64,000 nucleotides of DNA. Source: Felis catus. Taxonomy: Eukaryota. Under the pieces are notes generated by a model. That model ran no database searches. It saw only the letters and a program-made list of their open reading frames with translations, and was not told where the DNA came from. Position numbers and translations under genes: made by a program. Shown one piece after another: positions 62,824 through 64,000 of this stretch. The stretch is from assembly GCF_018350175.1 (NCBI RefSeq), contig NC_058383.1, forward strand, positions 28,336,001 to 28,400,000, read 5' to 3'. Positions within the stretch are counted from its first letter, which is position 1, and each line of letters opens with the position of its first letter.

Positions 62824-64000
62824 AACTAACTTGTAGCTTCCAGCTTCTTGGATTTGACTTGAAAGAGAGAAAAAAAATACTGTTTTCAGAAGGTATGATA
62901 AAGTTTTTTAAATTTGTAAGAGCTAAAGGGATTTTATTAGTACCTCTGTGTTCTTAAAAAAAAAAAGTTCAGGCCTTTATAGCCATATGCTCTGCTCTTT
63001 AACAAGGTTACATTAATTAAATTTCCTTCGGGCTGGAATTAGGTGGATTTGTAGAAAAATCCATTCATGTTCTGAGAAAACATTTAAAAGAACACTAAAG
63101 CCAGAAAAAACTATTTTCTATAAACTTTGTTTTTTTCCTTATGATTAGTGGTTTTTCAGATAACCATTTATAATTAGGTTTAGATATCTGAATTACTATC
63201 TAAATTTGAACTTTTAAACTAGGTAACAATGTACTTTTTCTTTCCTTGGACCATTTTGGCTTCTATTGGAAGATTTAATTAAAAGGAAGAGGGGGAAATA
63301 ATTCTTTTAATTTTGCTGTAAGTAAAACAAAGAGTTTATTTCATTATATAAAGAATGTGGAGTAAGCATGAAGAGACAGGCTTTAGGAGAAATACCAGAA
63401 GGCACTTTTTAAAAGATGGCATTGTGTAACCTCCGTGTGGCCTTCACGCCAGGGGCCGCCACTACCTACTCGGGCTCCGGAAGTCTCATTAAATGCCAGT
63501 TTTTCGTTCTTGGGATAAAAAAAAAAAAAAAAACGGTAAGAGCTCTTAGTGTGCGATCTCTAAAATGCTATTTTGATATTTATTCAGACATTTTTATAAC
63601 GTGGAGTCTCCAGACCGATATCCCTGACAACACCTGTTACAATAGCGCCCGGTCGGCCGGAAGTCGCAAAGCGTGTTCTGGGCGTGAACTGCGCGGGCTC
63701 CCGTTTACCGACCGCGTTTAGCTTGAACATTTTCCACAGGGAAAGTGATCATGGCTGGAGCTGGAAAAATTGGAGTCCTCTTCAGGGTGCGGACTCTGTG
63801 CTGCCTGTGGAAATTACTGACACTTATTATTGACTTTCTGTGCGGTGGTCAGCGTTCAGTCCTTACACCTTAACCAAGAATTTTTATCTGAGTGCCAAAA
63901 GTTTAAAGAAGTCCCCTCAAGACATACTTGACAAGTGAGAGGATTTTGCGAGGCCCTATTGACGAGCTAGAATTACTTGCATAGAGAAGTGCCATCAGGG

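Overview
Mammalian genomic DNA from a felid: about 55-60 tRNA-derived CanSINEs, many of the cat-type SINEC_Fc form, plus carnivore L1. The window holds two divergently transcribed genes whose starts lie about 34 kb apart. On the - strand is the CpG-island promoter and coding exon 1 of ABCC1/MRP1 (MALRGFCSADGSDPFW, 11434..11387); bases 1-11386 are its intron 1. On the + strand is the complete five-exon CEP20/FOPNL gene (45766..62661, 174 aa, all GT-AG junctions in frame). The intergenic region contains a dead cyclophilin A (PPIA) retrocopy, an internal RHOA retrocopy fragment, and layered SINE/LINE/DNA-transposon/LTR debris. I found no convincing novel biological system. The most noteworthy observations are: an L1 whose target-site duplication overlaps the CEP20 exon 3 splice donor, a PPIA retrocopy with a possible 3' transduction, a stop-free RHOA fragment, a homogenised tandem SINE pair, and a perfect NRF2/sMAF site in ABCC1 intron 1. 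Gene and repeat-family names come from recalled sequences, not database searches. Repeat boundaries are approximate.
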